Below, piece after piece: positions 37,539-49,892 of a stretch of DNA of 64,000 nucleotides. This DNA comes from Leucoraja erinacea (taxonomy: Eukaryota), in the NCBI RefSeq assembly GCF_028641065.1, contig NC_073393.1:19840001-19904000 (forward strand), in the 5' to 3' direction. The notes under the pieces were generated by a model. That model was given only the letters and a program-made list of their open reading frames with translations, ran no database searches and had not been told where the DNA came from. The translations under genes were made by a program, and so were the position numbers. Every line of letters begins with the position of its first letter. The stretch's first letter is position 1.

Positions 37539-39260
37539 ATATCGTCTTTATATTTCCCACAGCAACAATTTGCCGGCAGCGTTTGACTGCATCCTCTGCA
37601 TGGAGGCTCTCTGAGATGACCGTCGCGTCAGCATGAAGGAAATACAAACAGAAATGAGGAATATATTTCCAGGGTTTTCAGTTGTTATTTGAACTTTCTT
37701 GTTAATGTAGATGTTCCACGGTAAAATATAATTGTTTTCCCTGGATTCTCAGAACATCAAAGGAAGCATCAGATGGTGTGTTTGGAAGCTGGTTCTACCC
37801 TCCCATAACTATTGACAAGCCCGCAGTCAGCTTGCACTAGTCAGTAAATTCACAGGAGATTAACTAATGCCTGCACTTTACATAGAACATAGTTCAGCAC
37901 CGGAACAGTACATTCAGCCTACAATGTCTGCACAGACAATGATACCAATTCAAACTAATCCCATCTGCCTGTACATGGTCATATCACTCCAATTTGTGCC
38001 TGTTCATATGCCTGTCTTGGCTAATGCTGGAGGTGTGGCTGCTGGACATTTGAATTACAAGAGGTTGAATGGTATGGGGAGACACTAAGGCAGCTGTTTT
38101 GAGGCCAAGATTGATTCAGCCTCTGTCTGTCTGTCTGTATGTCTATATATACATAATATATCTATATACATACTGTAACTAAAACTCTGATCTTGTGGTC
38201 TTCCAATTTGCGCGTTTTTCCTATTTGCGCAAAAACGGTATGCTATAGCGCTACGATTTTTCACCACCTCACTCACCGTTCTCCTGTGTTGCGAGTGCAA
38301 CATGTTTCGTTTCGATCAGTGGTTTATTGTAAAAGTTAACGAGGTTTAAAATCTTAAAATTAGTCTCTTCACCTGTCACTGTCCGGGACGGTCCGCCCCT
38401 TCCTGCGCCATTAAATCTTTACTGGAGCTGAGGGGCGCTGTGGGTGGCCGGCGGAAGTCTCAAACCACACATCATTTTCGGAGGGACCGGAAGCGGCCAG
38501 GCCTGGTTCGGCCCGGGAGATGTCGCCAAACGGAAAGCGGAGAATCTGATCCCGGTACAGGATAGCATCCAGTGCCTGCTGTCAGTCCCAACCGCACAGC
38601 CATCATAACGCCATGCAGCTCCAGCCCTTTCCCCTCTGGTCCCCCTCGCTGGCTCCTGTCCCCCTTCCCCATGATACTCCCCCTCCCCCATGGCTCTTTC
38701 CCCGTCTTTTCTCCGAGCTCTCCACCCTCCCCTTCCTCCCCCCACACGCCAGCGTGGCCGTAGCTGCTGGTGCTTCCGGGACAAGCCGAGGGTCCACGCC
38801 AACGGCTGATGCTCCTCCGGAGCACGCAAGAAGGGAGAGGAGCGGCAACCTCGAGATCCTGGGGAGGGAGAGTGGGGGAGGAGAGGGGATAGAGGGAGAG
38901 AAGGGAAGTAGGGATGGGGAGGAGTTATGGAGGGAGGGAGGGAGGGAGGGAGTGACTAAGGGTAGGGGAAAGGAGAGGTGAGGGAGGAATTGGGGAGGGT
39001 ATGAGGAGAAGGAAAATAAGAGGGAGGAGGTGAGGAGGGAGAGAATGGGGAGTAGAGAAGGCGGGATGGGGGAGATATGGAGGGGGGAATAGTCAATAGG
39101 TGCAGGAGTAGGCCATTCAGTCCTTCAAGCCAGAACTGCCATTCAATATGATATTGGCTGATCATTCCCAATCAGTACCCCGTTCCTGCCTTCTCCCCAT
39201 ATCCCCAGACTCCGCTATTTTTAAGAGCCCTATCTAGCTCTCTCTTGAAAGTATCCAGAG

Positions 39261-40244
39261 CAAAATTTAAATTGAATAACAACCAATAATTTAAATATCT
39301 ACAGGTATGTGATTTTATGAAGAAATATATGCCAAGATTTCAAAGTATAATTTTAGATCCACTGGGAGAAGCAATGAATATCAAGGCGGTAAAAAAAAAA
39401 TAATATCATACCTATATAACAGTATTTTAAACATAGAATTACCATCAATAGAGGCAATTAGTGAAGACTGGGAAAAATAATTGATGACAAAAATCTCAAA
39501 AGAAACATGGGAAAAGTATTTGATATATATACATAAATGTTCGATCAATGCTAGACATAATTTAATTCAATTTAAAATATTACATAGATTATATTATTCA
39601 AAAACTAGGTTGAATAAATGTTATCCAAATATTTCTCCCATCTGTGATAAATGTCTTTCTCAAAATGACAATATTACACACTCATTTGTTGCTTGTACAA
39701 AACTTTATAAATTTTGGTGTAACATATTTGATATATTCTCAAAGCTATTTAAGATTTTAAAAAATGGAACCTAATACTGAAATGATTATATTTGGAGTAA
39801 GTGGAGATGGGAACAAATTAAATATACACCAAAACTCATTCTTCAATTATGGGTTAATAATAGCAAAAAAACTCATACTTAAATTTTGGAAAAATGCTAA
39901 TATACCAACATTTAAAATCGTGAAAATTAAAAGCTTCATGTATGGGTGAAAGACGATCTAGAACATAAAAAATCATCTCCTTGTGGCGATTGAATAAACT
40001 CCCTCCTGCTTTCCTTCTTCACTTATTTATTTTCTTCACTTTTTTCTCTATCTGCCTTTCACTCACGCTCACTAGCCTATCCTTTACTTTCTACAACCTC
40101 TTTTTCCTTTTCCTCTTCTTACTTTTCTCTTTAAAAAAAAAGGAAGTCGTACAGAGAATGTAATATGTTAACATAATTTTGGGTACTTGTAAAAAGGTAC
40201 CACTGTATTGTACTTACTTCTAATAAATAAAACTATTAAAAAAA
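39261..40244 (+). mobile_element. L1-clade LINE 3' fragment
   Basis: CSINARHNLIQFKILHRLYYSK..CDKC..HSFVAC; AATAAA plus A-tail; 14-bp TSD gaaagtatccagag (39247-60) / gaaagcatccagag (40245-58). Confidence 0.92.
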
Positions 40245-42574
40245 GAAAGCATCCAGAGAACCGGCCTCCACCAATCTCTGAGGCAGAGAATTCCACAGAC
40301 TCACAACTCTCTGTGAGAAAAAGTGTTTCCTCATCTCCGTTCTAAATGGCTTACCCCTTATTCTTAAACTGTGTCCCCTGGTTCTGGACTCCCCCTACAT
40401 CGGGAACATGTTTCCTGCCTCTAGCGTGTCCAAACCCTTAACAATCTTCTATGTTTCAATAAGATACCCTCTCATCCTTCTAAACTCCAGAGTGTACAAG
40501 CCCAGCCGCTCCATTCTCTTAGCATATGACAGTCCCGCCATCCCGGGAAACCTACGCTGCACTCCGTCAATAGCAAGAATGTCCTTCCTCAAATTACAGG
40601 ACACAAACTGCACACAATACTCCAGGTGTGGTCTCACTAGGGCCCTGTACAACTGCAGAAGGACCTCTTTGCTCCTATACTCGACTCTTGTTATAAAGGC
40701 CAACATGCCATTCGCTTTCTTCACTGCCTGTTGTACACTGCCTGTTGTACCTGCATGCTTACTTTCATAGACTGATGAACAAGGACCCCCAGATCCCATT
40801 GCACTTCCCCTTTTCCCAACTTGACACTATTTGGATAGTAATCTGCCTTCCTGTTTTTGATACCAAAGTGGATAACCTCACATTTATCCACATTAAACTT
40901 CATATCCCCCAACCTGTCGAAGTCACCCTGCATTCTCATAGCATCCTCCTCACAGTTCACACTGCCACCCAGCTTTGTGTCATCTGCAAATTCGCTAATG
41001 TTACTTTGAATCCCTTCATCCAAATCATTGATGTATATTGTAAATAGCTGCGGTCCCAGCACCGAGCCTTGCGGTATCCACTAGTCACTGGCTGCTATTC
41101 TGAAAGGGACCCGTTAATCCCTACTCTTTGTTTCCTGTCTGCCAACCAATTATCTATCCATGTCAGCACTCTACCCCCAATACCATGTGCCCTAATTTTG
41201 CCCACTAATCTCCTATGTGGGACCTTATCAAATGCTTTCTGAAAGTCCAGGTACACTACATCCACTGGCTCTCCCTTGTCCATTTTCCAAGTTACATCCT
41301 CAAAAAATTCCAGAAGATTAGTCAAGCATGATTTCCCCTTTGTAAATCCATGCTGACTTGGACCGATCCTGTTACTGCTATCCAAATGTGCGGCTATTTC
41401 ATCTTTCATAATTGATTCAAGCATCTATCCCACCACTGATGTCAGGCTAACTGCTCTATAATTCCCTGTTTTCTCTCTCCCGCCTTTCTTAAAAAGCGGG
41501 ATAACATTAGTTACCCTCCAATCCCCAGGAACTGATCCTCAGTCGATAGAACATTGGAAAATTATCACCAATGCATCCACGATTTCTAGACCCACTTCCT
41601 TAAGTACCCTGGGATGCAGACCATCAGGCCTGGGGATTTATCAGCCTTCAGTCCCATCAGTCTACCCAACACCATTTCCTTCAGTTCCTCCCTCACCCCA
41701 GATCCTCTGGGCACTACTATTTCAGGAAGATTGTTTGTGTCCTCCTTAGTGAAGACAGATCCAAAGTACCTGTTCAACTCAACTGGTCTTCAAGGGTCCA
41801 TCTTTGGTCTTATCTAATTTTTTCCTCTTCACATACCTAAAGAAGCTTTTACTATCCTCCTTTATATTCTTGGCTAGCTTACCTTCATACCTCATCATTT
41901 ATCCCCATATTGTCATTTTAGTTATCTTCTGTTGCTCTTTAAACATTACCCAATCCTTTTGTTTCCCGCTCATCTATGCTACATTGTACTTCTTCCCTTT
42001 TATTTTTATACTGTCCCTGACGTCCCTTGTCAGCCACGGTCACCCCTTACTCCCCTTGGAATCTTTCTTTCTCCTAGGAATGAACTGATCCTGCACCTTC
42101 TGTATTATTCCAAGAAATACCTGCCATTGTTGTTCCACTGTCATCCCTGCTAGGTTATCTTTCCAGTCAACTTTGGCCAGCTCCTCCTCATGACCCCATA
42201 GTCCCCTTTATTCAACTGTAACACTGACACCTCCGATCTACCCTTCTCCCTCTCCAATTGTAGACCTGACCATATTATGGCCACTGCCTCCTAATGGCTC
42301 GTTAACCTCAAGTTCCTTTATCTAATCTGGTTCATTGCATATCACTAAATCCAGAATTGCCTTCTCCCTGGTAGACTGCAATACAAGCTGCTCTATGGAT
42401 CCATCACAAAGGCACTCAACAAAGTCCCTTTCTTGGGGTCCAGTACCAACCTGGTTTTTTCAGTCTACCTGCATGTTGAAATCTCCCATAACAGCACAGC
42501 ATTACTTTTGCTATATGCCAAATTTAACTCCTGATTCAACTTGCACTCTATGTCCAGTCTACTGTTTGGGGGCC

Positions 42575-44174
42575 TATAACCATATAACCATATAACAATT
42601 ACAGCACAGAAACAGGCCATCTCGGCCCTACAAGTCCATGCCGAACAAATTTTGTTCCCCTTAGTCCCACCTGCCTGCACTCGTACCATAACCCTCCATT
42701 CCCTTCTCATCCATATGCCTATCCAATTTATTTTTAAATGATACCAATGAACCTGCCTCCACCACTTCCACTGGGAGCTCATTCCACACCGCCACCACTC
42801 TCTGCGTAAAGAAGTTCCCCCTCATATTACCCCTAAACTTCTGTCCCTTAATTCTGAAGTCATGTCCTCTTGTTTGAATCTTCCCTATTCTCAAAGGGAA
42901 AAGCTTGTCCACATCAACTCTGTCTATCCCTCTCATCATTTTAAAGACCTCTATCAGGTCCCCCCTTAACCTTCTGCGCTCCAGAGAATAAAGACCTAAC
43001 TTATTCAACCTATCTCTGTAACTTAGTTGTTGAAACCCAGGCAACATTCTAGTAAATCTCCTCTGTACTCTCTCTATTTTGTTGACATCCTTCCTATAAT
43101 TTGGCGACCAAAATTGTACACCATACTCCAGATTTGGTCTCACCAATGCCTTGTACAATTTTAACATTACATCCCAGCTTCTATACTCAATGCTCTGATT
43201 TATAAAGGCTAGCATACCAAAAGCTTTCTTTACCACCCTATCTATATGAGATTCCACCTTCAAGGAACTATGCACGGTTATACCCAGATCCCTCTGTTCA
43301 ACTGTATTCTTCAATTCCCTACCATTTACCATGTACGTCTTATTTTGATTTGTCCTGCCAAGGTGTAGCACCTCACATTTATCAGCATTAAACTCCATCT
43401 GCCATCTTTCAGCCCATTTTTCCAAATGGCCTAAATCACTCTGTAGACTTTGGAAATCCTCTTCATTATCCACAACACCCCCTATCTTGGTATCATCTGC
43501 ATACTTACTAATCCAATTTACCACACCTTCATCCAGATCATTGATGTACATGACAAACAACAAAGGACCCAACACAGATCCCTGAGGCACCCCACTAGTC
43601 ACCTGCCTCCAACCCGATAAACAGCCATCCACCATTCCCCTCTGGCTTCTCCCATTCAGCCACTGTTGAATCCATCTTGCTATTCCTGCATTTATACCCA
43701 ACAGTTGAACCTTCTTAACCAACCTTCCATGAGGAACCTTGTCAAAGGCCTTACTAAAGTCCATATAGACAACATCCACTGCTTTACCCTCGTCAATTTC
43801 CCTAGTAACCTCTTCAAAAAATTCAAGAAGATTAGTCAAACATGACCTTCCAGGCACAAATCCATGTTGACTGTTCCTAATCAGACCCTGTTTATCTAGA
43901 TGCTTATATATATTGTCTCTAAGTATCTTTTCCATTAATTTGCCCACCAATGAAGTCAAACTAACAGGTCTATAATTGCTAGGTTTACTCTTAGAACCCT
44001 TTTTAAACAATGGAACAACATGCGCAGTACGCCAATCCTCGGGGATATTCCCGTTTCTAATGACATTTGAAATATTTCTGTCATAGCCCCGGCTATTTCT
44101 ACACTAACTTCCCTCAATGTCCTAGGGAATATCCTGTCAGGGCCTGGAGACTTATCCACTTTTATATTTTTCAA
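42575..44174 (-). mobile_element. Young CR1 LINE, 5'-truncated, with an uninterrupted 449-aa RT ORF
   Basis: ORF 42661-44010: NYRPVSLTS, YMDFSKAFD, GVPQGSVLGP, YADDTK; (atggttat)n tail. Confidence 0.95.
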
Positions 44175-44854
44175 TGTAGATGTTCCATTAGGGTATTTTT
44201 ACCCTTACAATTCCTTAGTTCTATCCATACTGACTCAACTTCTCCTGTTCCAATGTCACCCATTGCATGGGACTGAATTTCATTCCTCACCAACAGAGCT
44301 ACCCCACCCCCTCTGACCCTCTGCCCACCTGTCTGTCTTTTCGATAGGAGGTGCACCCTTCAGTTCTCCAGCCCTGGCCCTCTTGCAGTCATGTCTCTGT
44401 AATTCCCACAACATCATACTTGCCAATTTCTAACTGAATAGAGGGAGGGGAGGGCAGTGGGGGGCGTGAGGAGGGATAGTGGGGGGATAGGGCATGTGAG
44501 GAGTGGGGGAGGTGGGGGATAGAGGGACATGAGGGGGGTAGGGAGGGGATAGGGGTTATGGGAGGGAGGGAGTAACTGAGGGTGGGGAAAAGAGAGTGAG
44601 AGAGAGGTGAGGGAGGGATTGTTGGAGGGTAGGAGGAGAGGGTAAAGGAGAGGGAGGGGGAGAGAGTGCTAGGGATGAGGGGAAATGAGCTGCGCCTGTG
44701 CAGTTGGGTGCTATGGGTGAGTGGTGGAATAATATGCTGGGGGACCAAGTCTCCTGTGTGAAAGGGACCCGTTGGGACCCACTTAGTCTAGTTTTATTTA
44801 AAGGCAGACCTGGTTCAAGGAGTGAATTGGTCTTTGCCTCCTGTTTCTTATGTT

Positions 44855-45245
44855 ATGTTGCCAAGATTTGAGGACCTGAGCTTTAAGAAGGTATAAGGAG
44901 AGGTTGGGAAGGGTAGTTTTGGAATCCTCTGAGCATAGGAGGATGAAATGTGTATGAGATCATGAAGGAAACAGGATAGATGCACATAGTCTTTTACTCA
45001 GAGCAGAGGAATCGGACAAGCGACTTTTTCACTGAGAGCGGTGGATATATAGAATGAGCTGTGGAGGAGGTAGTTGAATCAGAAAATATAACACCATTTA
45101 AGAGACTTTTGGATAAGCACATGGATTGGAATGGTTAGGAGGGATATGGGCTAAAGATAGGTGGGACTAGTGCAGGTAGGGTACATTGGTTGGCAGGGAC
45201 AAACTGGGTCAAAGGACCGCTTTCCATCCTGTATGACTATGACGC
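44855..45245 (+). mobile_element. CR1 LINE 3' fragment, old
   Basis: tttttcactgagagcggtgg..gaatgagctg..gggatatggg..tatgactatgac tail. Confidence 0.7.
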
Positions 45246-45949
45246 TATAAATTCCTGAGACACAATCTCCCTTGTACAAAACCAACCTTTAATCAACCCA
45301 TCTCTCTCAATGCATGTATATCTTATCTCGCAGAATCCTCTCCTGCAAATTTCCTGCCAAGGAATGTTACACTTAACCCATCTGTAGCTGAACAATTCAA
45401 TAAAAAGGATCAGGAATATTTACAAGCAAAAAATCCTGTATGAATGAAGCAGAAGATCACCGAGGATTGAGTGGAAACCAGCACTCAGATTGGAAGTTCT
45501 GCAATGTGTGCTCTTGTATGTGTGTATTTTTGGCTGTGTTGGGAAAGACGGGAACTTGAACTATAAAAGCGCTGTGCTGGTCTACTCCAAAGTGGAGATA
45601 AGCTACAAAAAGATAGGAATTTCATGTCACAACCACTCTCACCTTGCAAGCTTAATGATCATTCCAGGTTGTTGCTCTTGATCGCTGCCGCTGCTCATAA
45701 TTGGGTACTCACTGCTGCATTACTGAGGTTGCCTAACCCCAGGCTCATTGAAAGGAGACAATAGGCTTCCCCATCAGCCCCCAGAGGCAGGGAAATTGAC
45801 GTGCCTGCATCGCAGGCATCCTAAAGGCAACATTCAGAATTAACAATTTTGCTCTCACTGAAACCTTCCTGAGAGCATCCCGCTGTGGGCGACACCACCA
45901 CAGTGGGCCACATATCAAATAATTACATATAATTACAATAAAAAAGAGA

Positions 45950-46250
45950 TAGTGATCAACCACAAGAAGCAAAGTAGTATACATTGATGGCACCAAAGTA
46001 GAGATGATTGAAACTTCAGGTTTCTAGGAGTAAATATCATTAGCAACTTGGCCTGGATTAGCCATATCAAAGTCATGGGCAAGAAGGCACACCGAGCCCT
46101 CTACTTCCTCACAAGGTTTAGGAAGTTCAGCATATCCTCAACAATTCTCACCAACCTCAACAGATGTGCTGTAGAAAGCATATTATCGGGGTGGATTACA
46201 GCATTGTTTGGGAACAGCTCCTCCAAAAAATTGCAAAGATATGTAGATGC
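45950..46250 (+). mobile_element. Rex1/Babar-type LINE internal fragment
   Basis: KKAHRALYFLTRFRKFSISSTILTNLNRCAVESILSGWITALFGNSS. Confidence 0.8.
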
Positions 46251-48676
46251 AGGCATTTGGCCTATCTAGTCGGGACTGGACTATTGCCCCTCTAAAATGT
46301 ATCTTTCCCCCTCCTTTGCTTGTCCTCGATATAAGACATCCCCTCAATTTCCCCCACCCTACTTCGCATCTTGAATTGGTCGATTCTACGACCTTTACAG
46401 ATAACATGAAAGATTATAGCCAACTCATTGCTTTTATCCTTTAAGATGACCCTGAATAGACACTTGCGAGAAAATACGTTTCAAGGCTTTCAGATAGCAA
46501 CAAAGGGTGGAATTAGAGGCATTACGTTATTGGAACCGACTTAGATTTGGTAGGATTCCATTTTCCTCGTGACCAGAAATTTGGGATAATTAATTTTACT
46601 CATTGATTTTATATGTTGTTGATTCACTGCAAGGCCCATTTCACTGCCCATCCCTAAACATCAAGGTCAGCTGCGGGAAGCGCCCGCGGGTCTGGCGAAG
46701 GGAGGGATGTCGGTTCACGACCAAACCCGTCAAGGGCAATGGAGGAGGCACTGCAACAGATTGGGGCACACTTCGCCTCATCTGGATCGGGTGCGCTCCC
46801 ATGCATCCAGCATGTGGACTTCCGGCTTTTTCTTTTTGTAAGAGGCGCCAAAACATGGTGACTGTGTGTGTGTGTGAGATGTGCAAAAATAATTTGACTG
46901 TGCAATGCATACGTGAAAATAAAGAACAATTGAACCATTGAAACACAAATCACAACTGGCCTGCTAATAGCGTTGTCATAGTGTTATTGGGTGCTCCAGC
47001 AATTAGATATAACGACAATGGGCTAATCTTAATCTATTTCCAAATTACATATTCTGTGGTTTGCAGAGGTGGATGTGACGTAGTCAGCCCAGCACAGGCA
47101 AGTAACGTTACGTACGTTATAGATGGTATACGCTGTTTGGGAAACGGCATATTGAAAACCGACCAATGAGCAGAATGGATGTGTTTTCAAATTGGAAGGT
47201 AAATGCAAGTACTTGGCTGCACAGATCTGCAATTTAATTCAAAATGTAATTAGTTCCAGATTACAAATCCTTGGACTGCAGACTGGATGTTTTCTGGTTC
47301 CTCATTCTTTGCTCCATCATGTGCACTAAACCTTTTCTTTAGATCACGCAGAATGATTGGGATTGTCAGGTTGTCGAGGATTTCAGAAAGGAAATTAAGG
47401 TGGACCATGCGCTGGCACCACTGACGAAGCCTGGTTGTAGATTCTTTAACATTCAATTCTGCATTCACCTCCTTGCTTCAGCCATCCTTGTTATTGGTTC
47501 TGTTCTTGAACCCTTCTCCATTAACCAATCATCACCTGAAGAACGTGGAACTGATCCCAGAACCCACCACATCAATGACTCACGACCTAAAACAAGACAC
47601 TGGGAACTTTGCTTTTAAGGCTGACTACGCCTCCGGATTCAAAGAAGCATAGGACATAGAGACATAGAAAATAGGTGCAGGGGTAGGCCATTCGGCCCTT
47701 TGAGCCAGCACCGCCATTCCATATGATCATGGCTAGTCATCCAAAATCAGTACCCCGTTCCGACTTTCCCCCCATATCCCTTGATTCCCTTAGCCCCAAC
47801 AGTTAAACCTAAGTCACTCTTGAAAGCGAGCACATGAGAAGCAAAAATCTGCGAGGGAATATATGACCACTGTTGGTGGAAGATAGTTGTGAGGGCAGAA
47901 GGCACCAGATAACATTGGCGCCGTTTTCAACAGTTCCCTTATTTTCTTGAGAAATGCCGGTGTCTGGCACGAATTGGAATGTAATCCAGTGGTGACATCG
48001 CAAATGATAACCCTTGCAATTTACAACGCCACTACGCCGCATCATTCAATATAACAGGTCAGCGTGAACGATCAAAGGCTCTACATCTCTGAAGATGGGA
48101 ATTCTGCTCCCCGAAATCGAACAACTTGCGTCTTGCGTATTAGCATAAATTATGTTTGAACTAATGGAAATAAGTGACTGGTTGTACAACTTTTCTCTAA
48201 GACCGTAAAACACAGAAATGTACATCTCAAGAACAGCTCTCGACTCACAATTTCTACACCGAACAGATTGCCATGGTTGATCACCACCTGTCATCACGAG
48301 AAGAACGTAGAATTCAGCTCTGAACCAGTCACAACAGTGACCCGGGATCCAAAGCAAAGGTAAACTCCCTTGCTATCGTATCTGCCTCCACCACCCCACT
48401 CAGCGCATTCCAGGCACACACAACACCTCCTCCTTTTTCCTTTCTTCTTCCCCTTAAATCTCATTTCCCCATGGAGTTATGAAGGTAGATTATTGAAAGT
48501 CTTAATGGGATGACCGATATTTGGTTTGATATATCAGGGGATGGAAGTCTATGGGGAAATGACATAGAAGGAGAATTCGAGGCAAGGGTGGATTAAGCAA
48601 TTGCTGAAAGGTGGGGCAGCCTTGAGTGTTCAGACGGCATATTTCCTGTTCCCAACGTTTTGATTTTGCGGAAGAT

Positions 48677-49007
48677 AGGCACAAAGTAAATCAACGGGAC
48701 AAACAGCCTCTCTGGAGAGAAGGGATGGGTGACGTTTCGGGTCGAGACCCTTCTTCGGACAGTTTTATTCCTTCAAAGTAGACATACCTTGAGGAGATTT
48801 CGCAGTGGAGCGGACAAAATGTGTCAGAAAGAACTGCTGATGCTGGTTGAAATCGAAGGAAGACACAAAATGCTGGAGTAACTCAGCGGACTTGGCAGCA
48901 TCTCTGGAGAGAAGAAATGGGTGACGTTTCGGGTCGAGACCCTTCTTCTCCCTAGAGATGCTGCCTGTCCCGCTGAGTTACTCCAGCATGCTGTGTCTAT
49001 CTTCAGT
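48677..49007. mobile_element. Two adjacent Penelope-derived short elements
   Basis: gggtgacgtttcgggtcgagacccttcttc occurs twice (~48727, ~48919); the second copy has inverted arms agacacaaaatgctggagtaactcagcgg / ccgctgagttactccagcatgctgtgtct. Confidence 0.7.
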
Positions 49008-49840
49008 TCTATTTCTTGTTCTTTTGACTCCTGACGTAGTTCCGGAATCGAAAGCGATCTTTTTTGTTTAATTCTGTGACAACGGAGAAATAGGGATGAC
49101 GTTATATTGGTCCCATCATCCAGGCGAATTTATGGTTGATACCCCACTCCTCCCTCAGTTCGGATCGACGCGGACGATCGCAGAGCTGTAAATCTTGCCG
49201 ATCTGAGGTCTGTTTGTATGACAGATAAATACTCTCTTATGTACATCCTCGATGAATCGCCAATCACGAATGACCCTTTCAATTCGCAAAGAACTCAGCA
49301 GTGTGATCCTCTGGCGCATATCATGTCATACGGCAGTAAACTGCAGCGAAGGCTGGGCATGGGGTGGAGGAGGAGGGGGCTGAACGGTGTCTGGAAAGGC
49401 TCCATTTACTTGCTGGTGATTCAACTTGCTTAGCATCATGGTGTGTTGAATGGAAAGTATTGGCGCAATCAAAGCAGGGCGCATCTGCGAAACGTCACTA
49501 TATTTTCACATAGGTCGACCTTGGACACCACATTCGCGACGATCAGTACGGGGACATTGCTCAATAGATTACATAGATTACATGGCAGCAATTTCTAGCT
49601 GCATTGAATTTCTGTAGTTGTTCAGCAAATGCTTTGTGAAGTTTTCGGAAACGTGTGAGCGGCCACTAACTTCACCTTTGATCCGCGTCAATGCGCAGAG
49701 AGGCAGCTCATGCATGAGATGAGCATGAGCAGACTCACTTTCCGGCACACCCACTGAACCCAAGCATACTCGCGGTATTCCTCGCTCACTATTTATTCGA
49801 CACTTGTTTCAGTCGACTGTTCTCTGCAGTTTTGCCGTGA

Positions 49841-49892
49841 ATGATGACACGTATCTTACTGCAATTGATTGTTCTTCACATCAGCTGCGCCG
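49841..49892 (+). CDS. Exon 1: signal peptide
   Basis: ATG ATG ACA...GCC G|gtatat; MMTRILLQLIVLHISCA is a hydrophobic leader with a phase-1 donor 171 bp upstream of the V exon, the typical IgSF leader arrangement. Confidence 0.85.

Larger units (their letters stand above)
39093..44435 (-). mobile_element. CR1 LINE (EN plus RT, decayed), interrupted by an L1 and a younger CR1
   Basis: GKYDVVGITET and RGGGVALLV (APE endonuclease) at the right end, RT motifs 40449-41800, 3'UTR at the left end; possible TSD gaatag (39087-92, 44436-41). Confidence 0.9.
38161..44791 (+). mobile_element. Non-autonomous Helitron split by a 5.3-kb nested LINE insertion
   Basis: 5' A|TCtatatac..actaaaactct; 3' hairpin gggaccc-gtt-gggaccc (one mismatch) followed 11 nt later by the end ..CTAG|T; the same G/A-rich internal tract lies on both sides of the insertion. 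The exact 5' base is uncertain within the (ta)/(tctg) microsatellite. Confidence 0.75.

Noticed and set aside
38380-38990. GC-rich overlapping ORFs or a CpG-island promoter
   Set aside because: They lie inside the Helitron-like element and have no coherent protein motif.
42661-44010. 449-aa ORF as a host gene
   Set aside because: It is the RT/C-terminal part of a 5'-truncated CR1 with no endonuclease or ORF1.
45562-45569. TATAAAAG box
   Set aside because: It is an isolated motif 4.3 kb from the receptor ATG with no supporting exon or LTR pair.
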